Shown: positions 39,214-48,201, counted from the stretch's first letter. The stretch is DNA of 64,000 bases from an uncultured Thermotogae bacterium (GCA_964466035.1 CAYXLR010000007.1:25299-89298), one strand, 5' to 3'. Notes: a model not told the origin generated them from the letters alone. Numbers and translations: made by a program.

Positions 39214-40002
39214 TCAGACCACCCGCTCGAGGAGGAGCTCGTCGTCGACGACGTGGTGGCGCGAGAAGAGGTCGAAGAGCTGGGGAACGGTCGCCTGCGC
39301 TTTCTCCTCGCCGCGCAGCTCCTCGATGATCTCGCCCTTGTGCATCATGATCAGTCGCGTCCCGGCTTCGATCGCCTGCTCCATGTTGTGGGTCACCATT
39401 AGCGTCGTCAGGCCGAGCCGCTCGACGAACGATCGGGTCATTCGGACGATCATCGCGGCGTTGCTCGGATCGAGCGCCGCGGTGTGCTCGTCGAGGAGGA
39501 GGACCTCGGGCGGGACGAGGGTCACCATCAGCACCGCCAGCGCCTGGCGCTCGCCGCCGGAGAGGAGATCGACGCGGCATCGGAGGCGATCCTCCAGGCC
39601 GACGTTCAGCACGGCGAGCCGTTCGCGGAATCTCTTGCGGAGATACCGAGGAAGCGCCGAGCGAAGGCCGCGCCGCCCTCGTTTCATCGCCAGCGCGAGG
39701 TTTTCGGCCACCGTCATCGACGGCGCCGTCCCGGCCAGGGGATCCTGGACGATCCGGCCGATCCGCCGGGCTCGGCGGTGCGCGGGGACGCCGGTCAGGT
39801 CGGCCCCCTTCAGCAGGATCCGTCCGGAGGTCGGCGGGTACGACCCGGCGATCAGATTGAGCAGTGTGCTCTTTCCCGCGCCGTTCGAGCCGATGATCGT
39901 CAGGAAGTCGCCCTGTTCGAGGGACAGGTCGGTCTCCCGGATCGCGACGACCCGGTCGGCGCCGGCGTGGAAGCTCTTCGAGACGCGCTCGAGCCTCAGC
40001 AT
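39214..40002 (-). CDS. ABC transporter ATP-binding protein (COG1101-type, partner of COG2984/COG4120 systems)
   Basis: 262 aa; Walker A GSNGAGKST, LSGGERQ signature, LLLDEHTAALD Walker B characteristic of this subfamily. Confidence 0.85.
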   Translation of the reverse strand: MLRLERVSKSFHAGADRVVAIRETDLSLEQGDFLTIIGSNGAGKSTLLNLIAGSYPPTSGRILLKGADLTGVPAHRRARRIGRIVQDPLAGTAPSMTVAENLALAMKRGRRGLRSALPRYLRKRFRERLAVLNVGLEDRLRCRVDLLSGGERQALAVLMVTLVPPEVLLLDEHTAALDPSNAAMIVRMTRSFVERLGLTTLMVTHNMEQAIEAGTRLIMMHKGEIIEELRGEEKAQATVPQLFDLFSRHHVVDDELLLERVV

Positions 40003-40895
40003 GCGCTCACCTTCCTCATCCGACGCTCCCGGAGGTACGGGACGACGAGCGCGAGGATCACGAGCAGCGACGTGATCAACTTCAGGTCGCTCGCCTGGAA
40101 TCCGATCACGTATCCGTACCGCAATGCCAGGATGACCGCGATCCGGTAGACGAGGGAGCCGAGAAGGACGCTCGCCGTCATCCATCCGACGCGGTTCGAC
40201 CGGATCAGCGTACCGCCGATGATCACGGCGGCCAGCCCGGTGACGATCGTCCCGAGCCCCATGCCCACGTCGGCGAACCCGGAGTACTGCGCCACGAGCG
40301 CCCCGGAGAGGGCGACCAGCCCGTTGGAGAGGGCCAACCCGAGGATCTTCATCGTCTTGGTGTTGACCCCCTGCGCGGTGATCATCCGCTCGCTGTCGCC
40401 GGTGGCCCGGAGGGCGAAGCCGATCTCCGTGCGGAGGAACGCGTCGAGGAGCAGCTTGATCGCGATCGTCAGGATCCCGATGAACGCGAGGACGGAGAAC
40501 GGACCGAGCGGCGACCAGGCCGCGTCGACCACCCGCGTCGCCGTCGAGACGCGAAGGAGCGACAGGTTCGGCCGGCCCATGATCCTCAGGTTGATCGAGT
40601 AGAGCATGATCATCGTCAGCACGCCGGCGAGGAGGTTCGTAATCCCGAGCCGCGTGTTCAGAAGCCCGGTGATCAGACCGGCGATCCCCCCGGCGACGAA
40701 CGCCACCAGGAGGACCGTGAACGGGTCGACGCCGTACTGTACGAGGAGGACGGAAGCGATGGCCGCCCCGGTCACGAAGCTCCCGTCGACCGTCAGGTCG
40801 GGGAACTTCAGGACGCGATACGTCAGGAAGACCCCGAGCGCGGCGATGCCGTACGCGAGCCCCTGTTCGACCGCGTGAATCCATAGGGCAGCCAT
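39996..40895 (-). CDS. ABC transporter permease (COG4120-type)
   Basis: 299 aa polytopic; operon position between SBP and ATPase with overlapping stops/starts. Confidence 0.85.
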   Translation of the reverse strand: MAALWIHAVEQGLAYGIAALGVFLTYRVLKFPDLTVDGSFVTGAAIASVLLVQYGVDPFTVLLVAFVAGGIAGLITGLLNTRLGITNLLAGVLTMIMLYSINLRIMGRPNLSLLRVSTATRVVDAAWSPLGPFSVLAFIGILTIAIKLLLDAFLRTEIGFALRATGDSERMITAQGVNTKTMKILGLALSNGLVALSGALVAQYSGFADVGMGLGTIVTGLAAVIIGGTLIRSNRVGWMTASVLLGSLVYRIAVILALRYGYVIGFQASDLKLITSLLVILALVVPYLRERRMRKVSAC

Positions 40896-40923
40896 CGTAG
40901 CTCCTCCGTCGGTTGCCTCGGAC

Positions 40924-41925
40924 CTAGGGCGCCTGCCGCTCCCAGACGATTCCGCCGTACAAAACGGCCGACGCCTGCTCGATCACGTCCGTCGGGAAGA
41001 CGAAGCCGATCCGCCCGGCGGCGTCGAGGTTCAGATGGACCTCGGCGCGCGGTTGATACGTCACCGGGATCTCATCCGTTCCCACACCGGAGAGGACGTT
41101 GAGGACGACCTGTCCGACGGTCAACCCGTGCTCGTAGTAGTCGAATCCGGCCGCGAGCGTCGCCTGCGCGAGGCTCGTCGGGTCGGCCATCAGGAACGGG
41201 ACGCCCGCCTCCTCGGACGCGGCGAGGACGGAGTCGATCGCCGAAACGACTGTGTTGTCCGTGGTCACGTAGAACGCGTCGACCCGCCCGATCAACGACT
41301 GCGCGGCGAGCGGCACGTTCGCCGTCGAGTCGGCCGTCGCCGTGACGACGGCGACGCCGACGCTCGGTGCGGCGGCGAGGGCCATGTCCGTCAGGATGGC
41401 CGAGTTCGCCTCCCCGGGGTTGTAGACGATTCCGATCGTGACGATCTCCGGAGACAGCGCCTTCAAGAGCCGGAGGTGCGCCGCGACGGGGATCATGTCC
41501 GAGACCCCGGTCACGTTCTCGTTCCCGCTCGGGTCGGTGGCGCTCGGTACGAGCTCGGCCCCGACCGGATCCGTCACGGCGCCGTAGACGATCGGTGTGT
41601 CGCTCCCACGGAAGACCTCGACCGCCGCCTGTGCCGTCGGTGTCGCGATGGCGACGACGAGATCGACGTTCTGCGCTTGGAAGTTCTGAGCGATCGAGAT
41701 CGCCGTACCGAAGTCGCCCTGTGCGCTGGCGATCAGGTACTCGACGTCGACGCCCTCCTCGTATCCGGCGGCGGTCAGGGTGTCGATGACCCCCTGTTCG
41801 ACCGCGTCGAGCGCCGGATGCTCGACGATCTTCGTGATCCCTATCTTGAGCGGCTCCGATGCCGCCGCGAATCCGATGACGACAACAACCCATGCCAGCA
41901 ATGCAACCGCAATGGACCGTTTCAC
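40924..41925 (-). CDS. ABC transporter substrate-binding protein (COG2984 / ABC_sub_bind family); start taken at GTG 41925
   Basis: RBS GGAAGGAGAAAAA then GTG; signal peptide VKRSIAVALLAWVVVVIGFAAA; LKIGITKIVEHPALDAV typical of family. Confidence 0.8.
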   Translation of the reverse strand: MKRSIAVALLAWVVVVIGFAAASEPLKIGITKIVEHPALDAVEQGVIDTLTAAGYEEGVDVEYLIASAQGDFGTAISIAQNFQAQNVDLVVAIATPTAQAAVEVFRGSDTPIVYGAVTDPVGAELVPSATDPSGNENVTGVSDMIPVAAHLRLLKALSPEIVTIGIVYNPGEANSAILTDMALAAAPSVGVAVVTATADSTANVPLAAQSLIGRVDAFYVTTDNTVVSAIDSVLAASEEAGVPFLMADPTSLAQATLAAGFDYYEHGLTVGQVVLNVLSGVGTDEIPVTYQPRAEVHLNLDAAGRIGFVFPTDVIEQASAVLYGGIVWERQAP

Positions 41926-42088
41926 TTTTTCTCCTTCCGCGTTATCCTTGCGGTGGTCCGCTTGGACCGAACCAGGACGATCGACCCTGATCGTCCGACC
42001 GTGCTCGCTCGCGAGAAGCTCGCCGTCGACGTGCGCTCGCGGGCGGGCCACTTTTTCGACGCATGCACCGCCTCCTGTCACCTCCTCG

Positions 42089-42122
42089 CAAAAGAAAACG
42101 ACCGCGGTTTCCCGCAGTCGTC
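42089..42122 (-). terminator. Intrinsic terminator inside the 5' leader of the ABC operon
   Basis: Minus strand GACGACTGCGG-GAAA-CCGCGGTCGT followed by TTTTCTTTT. Confidence 0.6.
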
Positions 42123-42262
42123 TCCCGGCCTCTTGCTGCTTGTGTGATCGCTAGTCGTGCCTAGCGCGCAGCGGAGAAGCCGGGCTCGAACCAAAACCAA
42201 TAGAAGCAGACGCCGTTCGATTCCAACAAACAGGTTCGGCGACTCGCTGCTTCTATCATGAC
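42089..42262 (-). ncRNA. ~175-nt structured leader or small RNA (candidate riboswitch/attenuator, class unknown)
   Basis: Bounded by consensus promoter and intrinsic terminator; contains 10-bp P1-like helix AUAGAAGCAG...CUGCUUCUAU and nested stems. Confidence 0.45.
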
Positions 42263-42268
42263 TCGGTC

Positions 42269-42297
42269 ACTATAGGACGGCACCGGAGGCTTGTCAA
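42269..42297 (-). promoter_or_regulatory. Near-consensus sigma70 promoter
   Basis: Minus strand TTGACA - 17 nt - TATAGT. Confidence 0.65.
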
Positions 42298-42651
42298 GAG
42301 CGCGACTCCTACGGAGTCGCGGAGGCGAAGGCACAAAGCGCCTTCGCCGGTGGGTGAGGAATAGGAACCCAACGGTGTTACGTCCTTATCTGGGAGAAGG
42401 CTTGTGACACGCCTTCTCCGACGCGACGGCGCAAGCCGTCGCGCGGCCGTCGCGCAGAACACAGCGGCGACACCATCGATTCACAGTGCCTCCACGCGAA
42501 CGGGATACGGTCTCTTCACGCTGAGGAGTCACGAGGGCCCGGGACCCGCACCGTGCGGCCCGGGCCCTCACCTTCGATACGTCGCCGGACACGAAGGTCC
42601 GAGGAGCGCCTTGGCCCTCGACCGTTTCCGCTCGTTCCGCACCCCGAACCC

Positions 42652-42712
42652 TTGCACCCGAGATCGAAGGAGCGTATCCTTTGCGGTGTTACGAATTCAT
42701 GAGGAGTGTTAC
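42652..42712 (+). promoter_or_regulatory. Candidate nikR promoter (TTGCAC-17-TATCCT) followed by two direct GTGTTAC motifs flanking the RBS
   Basis: GTGTTAC at 42686 and 42706 (20-nt spacing); a third GTGTTAC at 42375. Confidence 0.4.
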
Positions 42713-42715
42713 TCG

Positions 42716-43132
42716 ATGGCCAGGACGGTCCGCTTCAGCGTGTCGATCGAGGAGGATCTCATCGAAGCGTTCGACGCGCTCTGCAAGCAACGGGGGTGGA
42801 CCAACCGGTCCGAGGCGATCCGCGACGCCATCCGCCGTCAACTGGTCGAGCGCGAGTGGGAGGCCGGCGAGGAGGTCGTCGGCGTGATCACCCTCCTCTA
42901 CGACCACCACAGACCCGCGTTGACGGAGAAGCTGACCGAGATCCAGCACCACGCGCTCGACGCCGTCATCTCGACGACGCACGTCCACATCGACAAGGAG
43001 AACTGCCTCGAATTCCTCGCGGTGCGCGGCGAGGCGAGGGAGATCGAGCGGCTCGCCCATCGGTTGATCGGCCTCAAGGGAGTCAAGCACGGGGAGCTGA
43101 CCGGGACGTCGACGGGGAAGAAGATCCGGTAA
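42716..43132 (+). CDS. nikR: Nickel-responsive regulator NikR (ribbon-helix-helix + ACT-like metal-binding domain)
   Basis: 138 aa from ATG 42716; RFSVSIEEDLIEAFD RHH start, HHxxxxxxxxxxTTHVH...C metal-site pattern. Confidence 0.9.
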   Translation: MARTVRFSVSIEEDLIEAFDALCKQRGWTNRSEAIRDAIRRQLVEREWEAGEEVVGVITLLYDHHRPALTEKLTEIQHHALDAVISTTHVHIDKENCLEFLAVRGEAREIERLAHRLIGLKGVKHGELTGTSTGKKIR

Positions 43133-43148
43133 GAGAGAAAGGAGGAGC

Positions 43149-43952
43149 ATGAAGCGTATCGCAATGCTTGTCGGGATCGGGGTTCTGTTGCTCGGTGCTG
43201 CGGCCGGAGCCGAGACGGTCGTGTCGACGCACGCCGTGCTCGGCGAGTTCGCGCGGATCGTCGGGGGGGACGCGATCGAGGTGGTGACGATCATTCCGTC
43301 CGGCTTCTGCCCTTCGCACTACGACCTGTCCCCGAGCGATCTGAGGGCCGTGATGGGCGCCTCGGTCATCCTGTACTCGGGGTTCGAGCCGTGGATCGAG
43401 ACGCTGGCCGACGCGGCGGGGAGCGCCGCCTTGGTGATCCAGCTACCGGGCGAGTGGAACACGCCGGAGACCGCCGCCGCGAAGGTCGAGACGATCCGGG
43501 ACGTGCTCTCCGAGCGGATCCCGACCGAGGCGGAGGGATTCGATGCGAACGCGGCCGCGTACATCGACGAGCTCCGATCGCTCGGCGGCGGGCTGAAGGA
43601 GCGGGCCGAGGCGCTCGGGGTTTCCGAGATCGCGGTCGTCTCCATGGCCTGGCAGGCCGACTTCGTCGCCTGGCTCGGCTTCGACGTGGCGGTCACCTAC
43701 GGGCTCCCGGAGGGGCTCTCTCTGCAGGACCTCGTGGCGCTGGCGGAGGCGGGCAGAACGGCCGGTGCGCGGCTCGTGATCGACAACCTCCAGAGCGGGG
43801 TCGACTTCGGGGCGAAGCTGGCGCGAGAGATCGGGGCGGTCCACGTCGTCCTGTCGAACTTTCCCGGGGCGATGCCGGGCACCGCGACGTTCGGCGACCT
43901 GCTGACGCGGAACGCCGAGGCGCTCTTCTCGGCGATCGAGCCGATCGAGTAG
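43149..43952 (+). CDS. Metal ABC transporter substrate-binding protein, TroA/ZnuA family
   Basis: 267 aa; signal peptide; FCPSHYDLSPSDL and YSGFEPWIE resemble cluster A-I SBP metal-ligand regions. Confidence 0.85.
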   Translation: MKRIAMLVGIGVLLLGAAAGAETVVSTHAVLGEFARIVGGDAIEVVTIIPSGFCPSHYDLSPSDLRAVMGASVILYSGFEPWIETLADAAGSAALVIQLPGEWNTPETAAAKVETIRDVLSERIPTEAEGFDANAAAYIDELRSLGGGLKERAEALGVSEIAVVSMAWQADFVAWLGFDVAVTYGLPEGLSLQDLVALAEAGRTAGARLVIDNLQSGVDFGAKLAREIGAVHVVLSNFPGAMPGTATFGDLLTRNAEALFSAIEPIE

Positions 43953-43961
43953 GGGGACCGA

Positions 43962-44399
43962 GTGGAAACGTTGACGATCGATCCGAAGGGCGCCGACCTC
44001 CGGGCGATGATCGACCGCGGGACGCTGCTGCACGGTCACCTCGGTCCGTACCTCGTCGCCGGGATCCGGATCGGCCTCCTCGCCCTTCGCCTGCTGGACA
44101 GCTCCGGCTACTTCGGACTTCGGGCCGAGTCGGAGGCCGGTCGGACGACCCCGCTCTCCTGTCTCAACGACGGCGTGCAGATCGGCTCGGGCTGCACCAT
44201 CGGGAAGGGGAACCTGCGCGTCGTCGGGGAGGAGAAGCCGCGCGTCCGGTTCATCGCCGACGACGGCCACGCGGTCACGATCGAGCTCCGGCCCGAGATC
44301 GAGCGCTCCTTTCGCGACTCGGACACGATCGCGAAGGCTCGCGAACTCGAGACGATCCCCGACGAGGAGCTGTTCGAATGGACGATGTCGTCTCCCTGA
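43962..44399 (+). CDS. FmdE-domain protein (formylmethanofuran dehydrogenase subunit E-like)
   Basis: 145 aa; GHLGPYLVAGIRIG and CLNDGVQIGSGCTIGKGNL match FmdE family core; GTG start. Confidence 0.7.
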   Translation: METLTIDPKGADLRAMIDRGTLLHGHLGPYLVAGIRIGLLALRLLDSSGYFGLRAESEAGRTTPLSCLNDGVQIGSGCTIGKGNLRVVGEEKPRVRFIADDGHAVTIELRPEIERSFRDSDTIAKARELETIPDEELFEWTMSSP

Positions 44400-45091
44400 T
44401 CGACGTTCGGGCGACCTACGAGGGAGAGCGGCACGCGACGCTTGCCGGGGTGACGCTGTCCGTCGCGGCGACGGAGCAGCTGGCGATCACCGGGCCGAAC
44501 GGGGCGGGGAAGACGACGATCCTCGAAGTGATCAACGGCTTGCTTCCCATTGCGTCCGGGACCGTCCGGACCCTCGGTCAGGAGGTGACGCTCGCGAGTC
44601 ACCGGCTCCGCACGCAGATCGCGTACGTCCCTCAGAATCTGTTCTTCCCCCCGGACACGCCGTTTCTCGTGCGGGACGTGGTCTTCACCGCGCGATTCGG
44701 GAAGACGGGCACGCGGCGTCTCTCTTCCGCAGAGGAAAGGCGTCGTATCAACCGGTCACTCAAGGCCATCGGGATCTCCGACTTAGGAGGGAGGCCCGTG
44801 GGACGCCTGTCGGGCGGCCAGCAGCGGAAGACGCTGCTGGCCCGTGCCCTGGCGCAAGAAGCGAAACTCCTTCTGCTCGACGAGCCGACGGCGAACCTCG
44901 ATCCCGAGGCGAAGGAAGACGTGTCCGCCTTGGTCGCGCTCGTCCGGCGGGAGCTCGGTGCAGCGGCCGTCGTCGTCAGCCACGAAACGGGGCCGCTGCT
45001 CGACGCGTCGGACCGCACCGTCGCCGTCGATTCGGGGCGGGTCGTCGCGGAGACGCGACTCGGTGACCGGGTCTCGACCTCGTCCCGTTAG
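44378..45091 (+). CDS. Metal ABC transporter ATP-binding protein
   Basis: 237 aa from ATG 44378 (overlaps fmdE-like stop); Walker A GPNGAGKTT, LSGGQQRK, LLLLDEP. Confidence 0.85.
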   Translation: MDDVVSLIDVRATYEGERHATLAGVTLSVAATEQLAITGPNGAGKTTILEVINGLLPIASGTVRTLGQEVTLASHRLRTQIAYVPQNLFFPPDTPFLVRDVVFTARFGKTGTRRLSSAEERRRINRSLKAIGISDLGGRPVGRLSGGQQRKTLLARALAQEAKLLLLDEPTANLDPEAKEDVSALVALVRRELGAAAVVVSHETGPLLDASDRTVAVDSGRVVAETRLGDRVSTSSR

Positions 45092-45103
45092 GAGCCTCAC
45101 GCG

Positions 45104-45931
45104 ATGTTCGGACTCCCCTGGCACATCGTCCTGCCGACCCTGCTGGGAAGCCTTCTCGTCGGAGCGATGTGCAGCGCGGTCGGGACGTTCGTGGTCCGGA
45201 TGAAACTCTCGTCTCTTGGCTTCGCGATGTCCCACGCGGCGTTCGCCGGCGCCGCCCTCGGCCTGATGGTCTCGGTGATCGATCCGATCTGGACGGCGAT
45301 CCTGTTCGCCGTGCTGATGGCGGCCGCCCTCGGCCCGATCGCGGATCTCTCCCGCCTCCAGGTCGACACCGTCGTCGGAGCGACCTTTCCCCTGACGATG
45401 GCCCTCGGGCTGATCTTCATCAACAAGGCGCCGAGCGCGGGCATCGGAAGCGGCGCCCTCTCCCTCCTCTGGGGGAGCGTGCTTGGGATCACGATGGGGC
45501 AGGTGTACGTCCTCGTTGGGGTCTTCGTGGCGACGCTCGGCGTCCTCGTCCTGTTCGGCAGGGACTTCTTCGCGCTGCTGCTCGATCGGAAGCTCGCCAG
45601 AGCCTCGGGGGTCAACACGGCCCGAGCGTTCTACGTCCTGCTGTTTCTCGTCGCGATCATCGTCGCCGTCTCCCTGCGGGTGACCGGTGGGCTCCTGATC
45701 TATGCGCTGATGATCCTTCCGGCCTCCGCGGCGTTCCAGTGGGCGTACGACATCAAGAAGGTCTTCCTCATCGCACCGCTGTTGGGGATTCTCGCTTCGT
45801 TGTCGGGCTTCCTCCTCTCGCTTTGGGCGGATCTGCCGATCGGGGCGTCGATCGCGCTCTGCTGCGCGGCGGTCTTCTTCGGCTCGGTCGCCCTTTCTCC
45901 GAAGCGCCGTCGCGGCTCGCGCGGCTCCTGA
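45104..45931 (+). CDS. Metal ABC transporter permease (ABC-3/ZnuB family)
   Basis: 275 aa polytopic; RBS aggag; similar layout to 33491..34351 product. Confidence 0.85.
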   Translation: MFGLPWHIVLPTLLGSLLVGAMCSAVGTFVVRMKLSSLGFAMSHAAFAGAALGLMVSVIDPIWTAILFAVLMAAALGPIADLSRLQVDTVVGATFPLTMALGLIFINKAPSAGIGSGALSLLWGSVLGITMGQVYVLVGVFVATLGVLVLFGRDFFALLLDRKLARASGVNTARAFYVLLFLVAIIVAVSLRVTGGLLIYALMILPASAAFQWAYDIKKVFLIAPLLGILASLSGFLLSLWADLPIGASIALCCAAVFFGSVALSPKRRRGSRGS

Positions 45932-46093
45932 AGGAGCCACGAAAGGGAAGCGGCGGACCGCTTCCCTTGGCTGTACGACGGATAGCCATCGCGCTCTGAT
46001 GCGTCACGTGCCAGACGAAGGAGTCGCGGCTCCTTCGTCTGCGCGTCGCGCAGTAGACTAGCGAGCGACACCACGGCCGGAGGTGCGGCGCGC

Positions 46094-46843
46094 GTGAGGA
46101 TCGAAGGACCTGTCGGGGGTTGGGATCGGCTCGGACTGCCGGTCCTGTTCGCCAGCGAGCACGAGCTCGCCGTGGTCAAGCCGGCCGGGATGGCGGCCGA
46201 GCTGACGAGCGATCCGAAGGGCGTCTCGCTGATCTCCCGAGTCCGGAGCGCCGCCCCGAGCGGCGTGACGCCGAAGCTCCCGCACCGGCTCGATCGGGTG
46301 ACCCGCGGGATCGTCGTCGTCGCCCTCTCGGAGGACGCGATCCGGTTTCACAGCGAGCAGCTCCGGGCCGGCGCGTGGGGGAAGATCTACCTGGCGCGGT
46401 TGGACGCGCCGCACGTGGAAGGGCTCGTCGGGCTGCACAAGCTTCACCTTCGCACGCGGGGCGGCCGGGCGAGCGTCGTCCGAAGCGGCGGGAAACGGGC
46501 GATCACCGAGGTCCTGGCCGTGGCGCCCACCGTGGATCGGGACGACGAGGCGCACGCCCTCCTCCGGCTCCACACAGGACGGTATCATCAGATTCGCGCG
46601 ACGATGGCGCATCTCGGCGTGCCGTTGGTCGGCGACTGGCTGTACGGCGAGGCCCCGCGGCGGGACGAAGCGCGGTTCTACCTTGAGCACGCCGCGCTGC
46701 GCTTCGCGCCGTACGGGGCGAACGGAACGCTGGCGCTCCATCGGCGCGACGACCCGGAGCGCGAGGCGATCGATCCGGCGCTTCGCGCGACGCTCGACCG
46801 GATCCTCGCGGGTTGGGAGGCGGAGAATGGCGCGAAACGTTGA
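46094..46843 (+). CDS. RluA-family pseudouridine synthase
   Basis: 249 aa; catalytic motif HRLDRVTRGIVVVA, HQIRATMAHLGVPLVGDWLYG. Confidence 0.85.
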   Translation: MRIEGPVGGWDRLGLPVLFASEHELAVVKPAGMAAELTSDPKGVSLISRVRSAAPSGVTPKLPHRLDRVTRGIVVVALSEDAIRFHSEQLRAGAWGKIYLARLDAPHVEGLVGLHKLHLRTRGGRASVVRSGGKRAITEVLAVAPTVDRDDEAHALLRLHTGRYHQIRATMAHLGVPLVGDWLYGEAPRRDEARFYLEHAALRFAPYGANGTLALHRRDDPEREAIDPALRATLDRILAGWEAENGAKR

Positions 46844-47345
46844 GGTCAAGGCGCGGGTTCGGGACGCCGGTGCGTTCCGTCGGCGCGTCGAGTCGATGAG
46901 CGACGCGGCCGTGCAGATCCTCGATCAGCGGGACACATTCTTCGTCGTCCCGCGTGGGCGGCTGAAGCTCCGCGTCCTCGGGCCCGATGCCTGCGAGCTG
47001 ATCTACTACGAGCGACCGGACGACGCGGGGGCGACGCTGTCGGAGTACTTCGTCGTCCGCTCCTCCGATCCCGAGGCGTTCCTGGAGATCCTCTCGGCCG
47101 TCCTCGGCGTGAGGGGGGTGGTCGCCAAGCGCCGGTTCCTCTACCGTATCGGTCGTACGCGCGTCCACCTCGACGAGGTCGAGGGCCTCGGCACGTTCGC
47201 GGAGTTGGAGGTGGTTCTCGACGACGGGGAATCGCCCGAGGAGGGACGGGCCGTCGCGGAGAGGCTGTCGGCCGCGTTGGGGATCGGGGAGGAGGATCGC
47301 GTGCGCGGCGCGTACATCGACCTGCTGGAGGTGGGCGAAGGATGA
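46827..47345 (+). CDS. CYTH-domain protein (class IV adenylate cyclase CyaB-like / triphosphatase)
   Basis: 172 aa from ATG 46827; EVKAR start (ExExK-type), RTRVHLDEVEGLGTFAELEV. Confidence 0.8.
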   Translation: MARNVEVKARVRDAGAFRRRVESMSDAAVQILDQRDTFFVVPRGRLKLRVLGPDACELIYYERPDDAGATLSEYFVVRSSDPEAFLEILSAVLGVRGVVAKRRFLYRIGRTRVHLDEVEGLGTFAELEVVLDDGESPEEGRAVAERLSAALGIGEEDRVRGAYIDLLEVGEG

Positions 47346-48199
47346 ACGTGAGGGCGTATCCGGACGCGAGGTCGTTTCTCGACGGGGCCGAGGCGCCCCT
47401 GCTGCGCAACGAGGCGAGGAACGGCCTGATCCTCGGGATCGCGGATCGGGTGCGCGCCGGCCGGTCCTACGGGGGCGATCCACCGTACTTCCTGACCGTC
47501 GAAGAGGACGGAGCGCTCGTCGCGGCGGCGATCCGGACGCCTCCGTTCCCTCTGATCGTCCACTGTGTCGAGGACCGTCTCGACGCGCTCGACCCGCTCG
47601 TCGATCACCTTTTCACCGCCGACCCGGGGCTTCCGGCGGTGAACGGGGAGGCCCGGGCGGCCGCCGCGTTCGCGAACCGGTGGGCGGAGCGGTCGAGCGG
47701 GCGGGTGGAGGTCGGGATGCGGATGCGCGTCTACGCTCTGTACGACGTCGATCCGCCGATCGGGGTTCCCGGTCGGATGCGCCTCGCGCGGGCCGAGGAC
47801 GTGGACCTCCTCGCGGAGTGGATGCTCGGCTTCCACGAGGAAGCGGTCTCCGGCGATCCGCCGGGCGATCCACGGGAGACCGTGCGCCGGTTCATGCAGT
47901 CGGGGACCTTGGCCGTCTGGGACCGCGACGGACCGGTGTCGATGGCCGGGAGTTCGCGGGGGTCGAGGAACGGTGCGGCGGTCAGCGCGGTCTACACGCC
48001 GCCGGAGCACCGTAGGAACGGGTACGCCTCGGCCTGCGTCGCGGCGCTCTGTCGGAGGCTGCTCGATGAGGGAAACGCGTTCTGCACCCTGTACGCCGAC
48101 CTGGCGAACCCGACGTCGAACAAGATCTACCGGCGGATCGGGTTCCGCCCGGTGGCCGAAGCGGCGGTCTACCGGTTCACCCCCGGAGCGAGGGCATAG
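47342..48199 (+). CDS. GNAT-family acetyltransferase
   Basis: 285 aa; C-terminal HRRNGYASACVAALCRRLL and NPTSNKIYRRIGF; ATGA overlap with upstream stop. Confidence 0.7.
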   Translation: MNVRAYPDARSFLDGAEAPLLRNEARNGLILGIADRVRAGRSYGGDPPYFLTVEEDGALVAAAIRTPPFPLIVHCVEDRLDALDPLVDHLFTADPGLPAVNGEARAAAAFANRWAERSSGRVEVGMRMRVYALYDVDPPIGVPGRMRLARAEDVDLLAEWMLGFHEEAVSGDPPGDPRETVRRFMQSGTLAVWDRDGPVSMAGSSRGSRNGAAVSAVYTPPEHRRNGYASACVAALCRRLLDEGNAFCTLYADLANPTSNKIYRRIGFRPVAEAAVYRFTPGARA

Positions 48200-48201
48200 G
48201 C

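Noticed and set aside
41926-42081. N-terminal 52-aa extension of the SBP ORF (ORF-track start 42081)
   Set aside because: The extension precedes an obvious signal peptide. It has no properly spaced RBS (GAGGAGG abuts the GTG). It lies downstream of an intrinsic terminator, and GTG 41925 has a strong, well-spaced RBS.
42349-42500. Cobalamin-riboswitch-like fragments (GAATAGGAACCCAACGGTG, GGGAGAAGGC, CACAGTGCC) upstream of nikR
   Set aside because: The elements are in the wrong order, and the B12 box GCCACTG and the conserved GGTG..AA.TCC core are absent. The resemblance is superficial. The NiCo riboswitch was also considered, but its conserved junction nucleotides were not recognisable.
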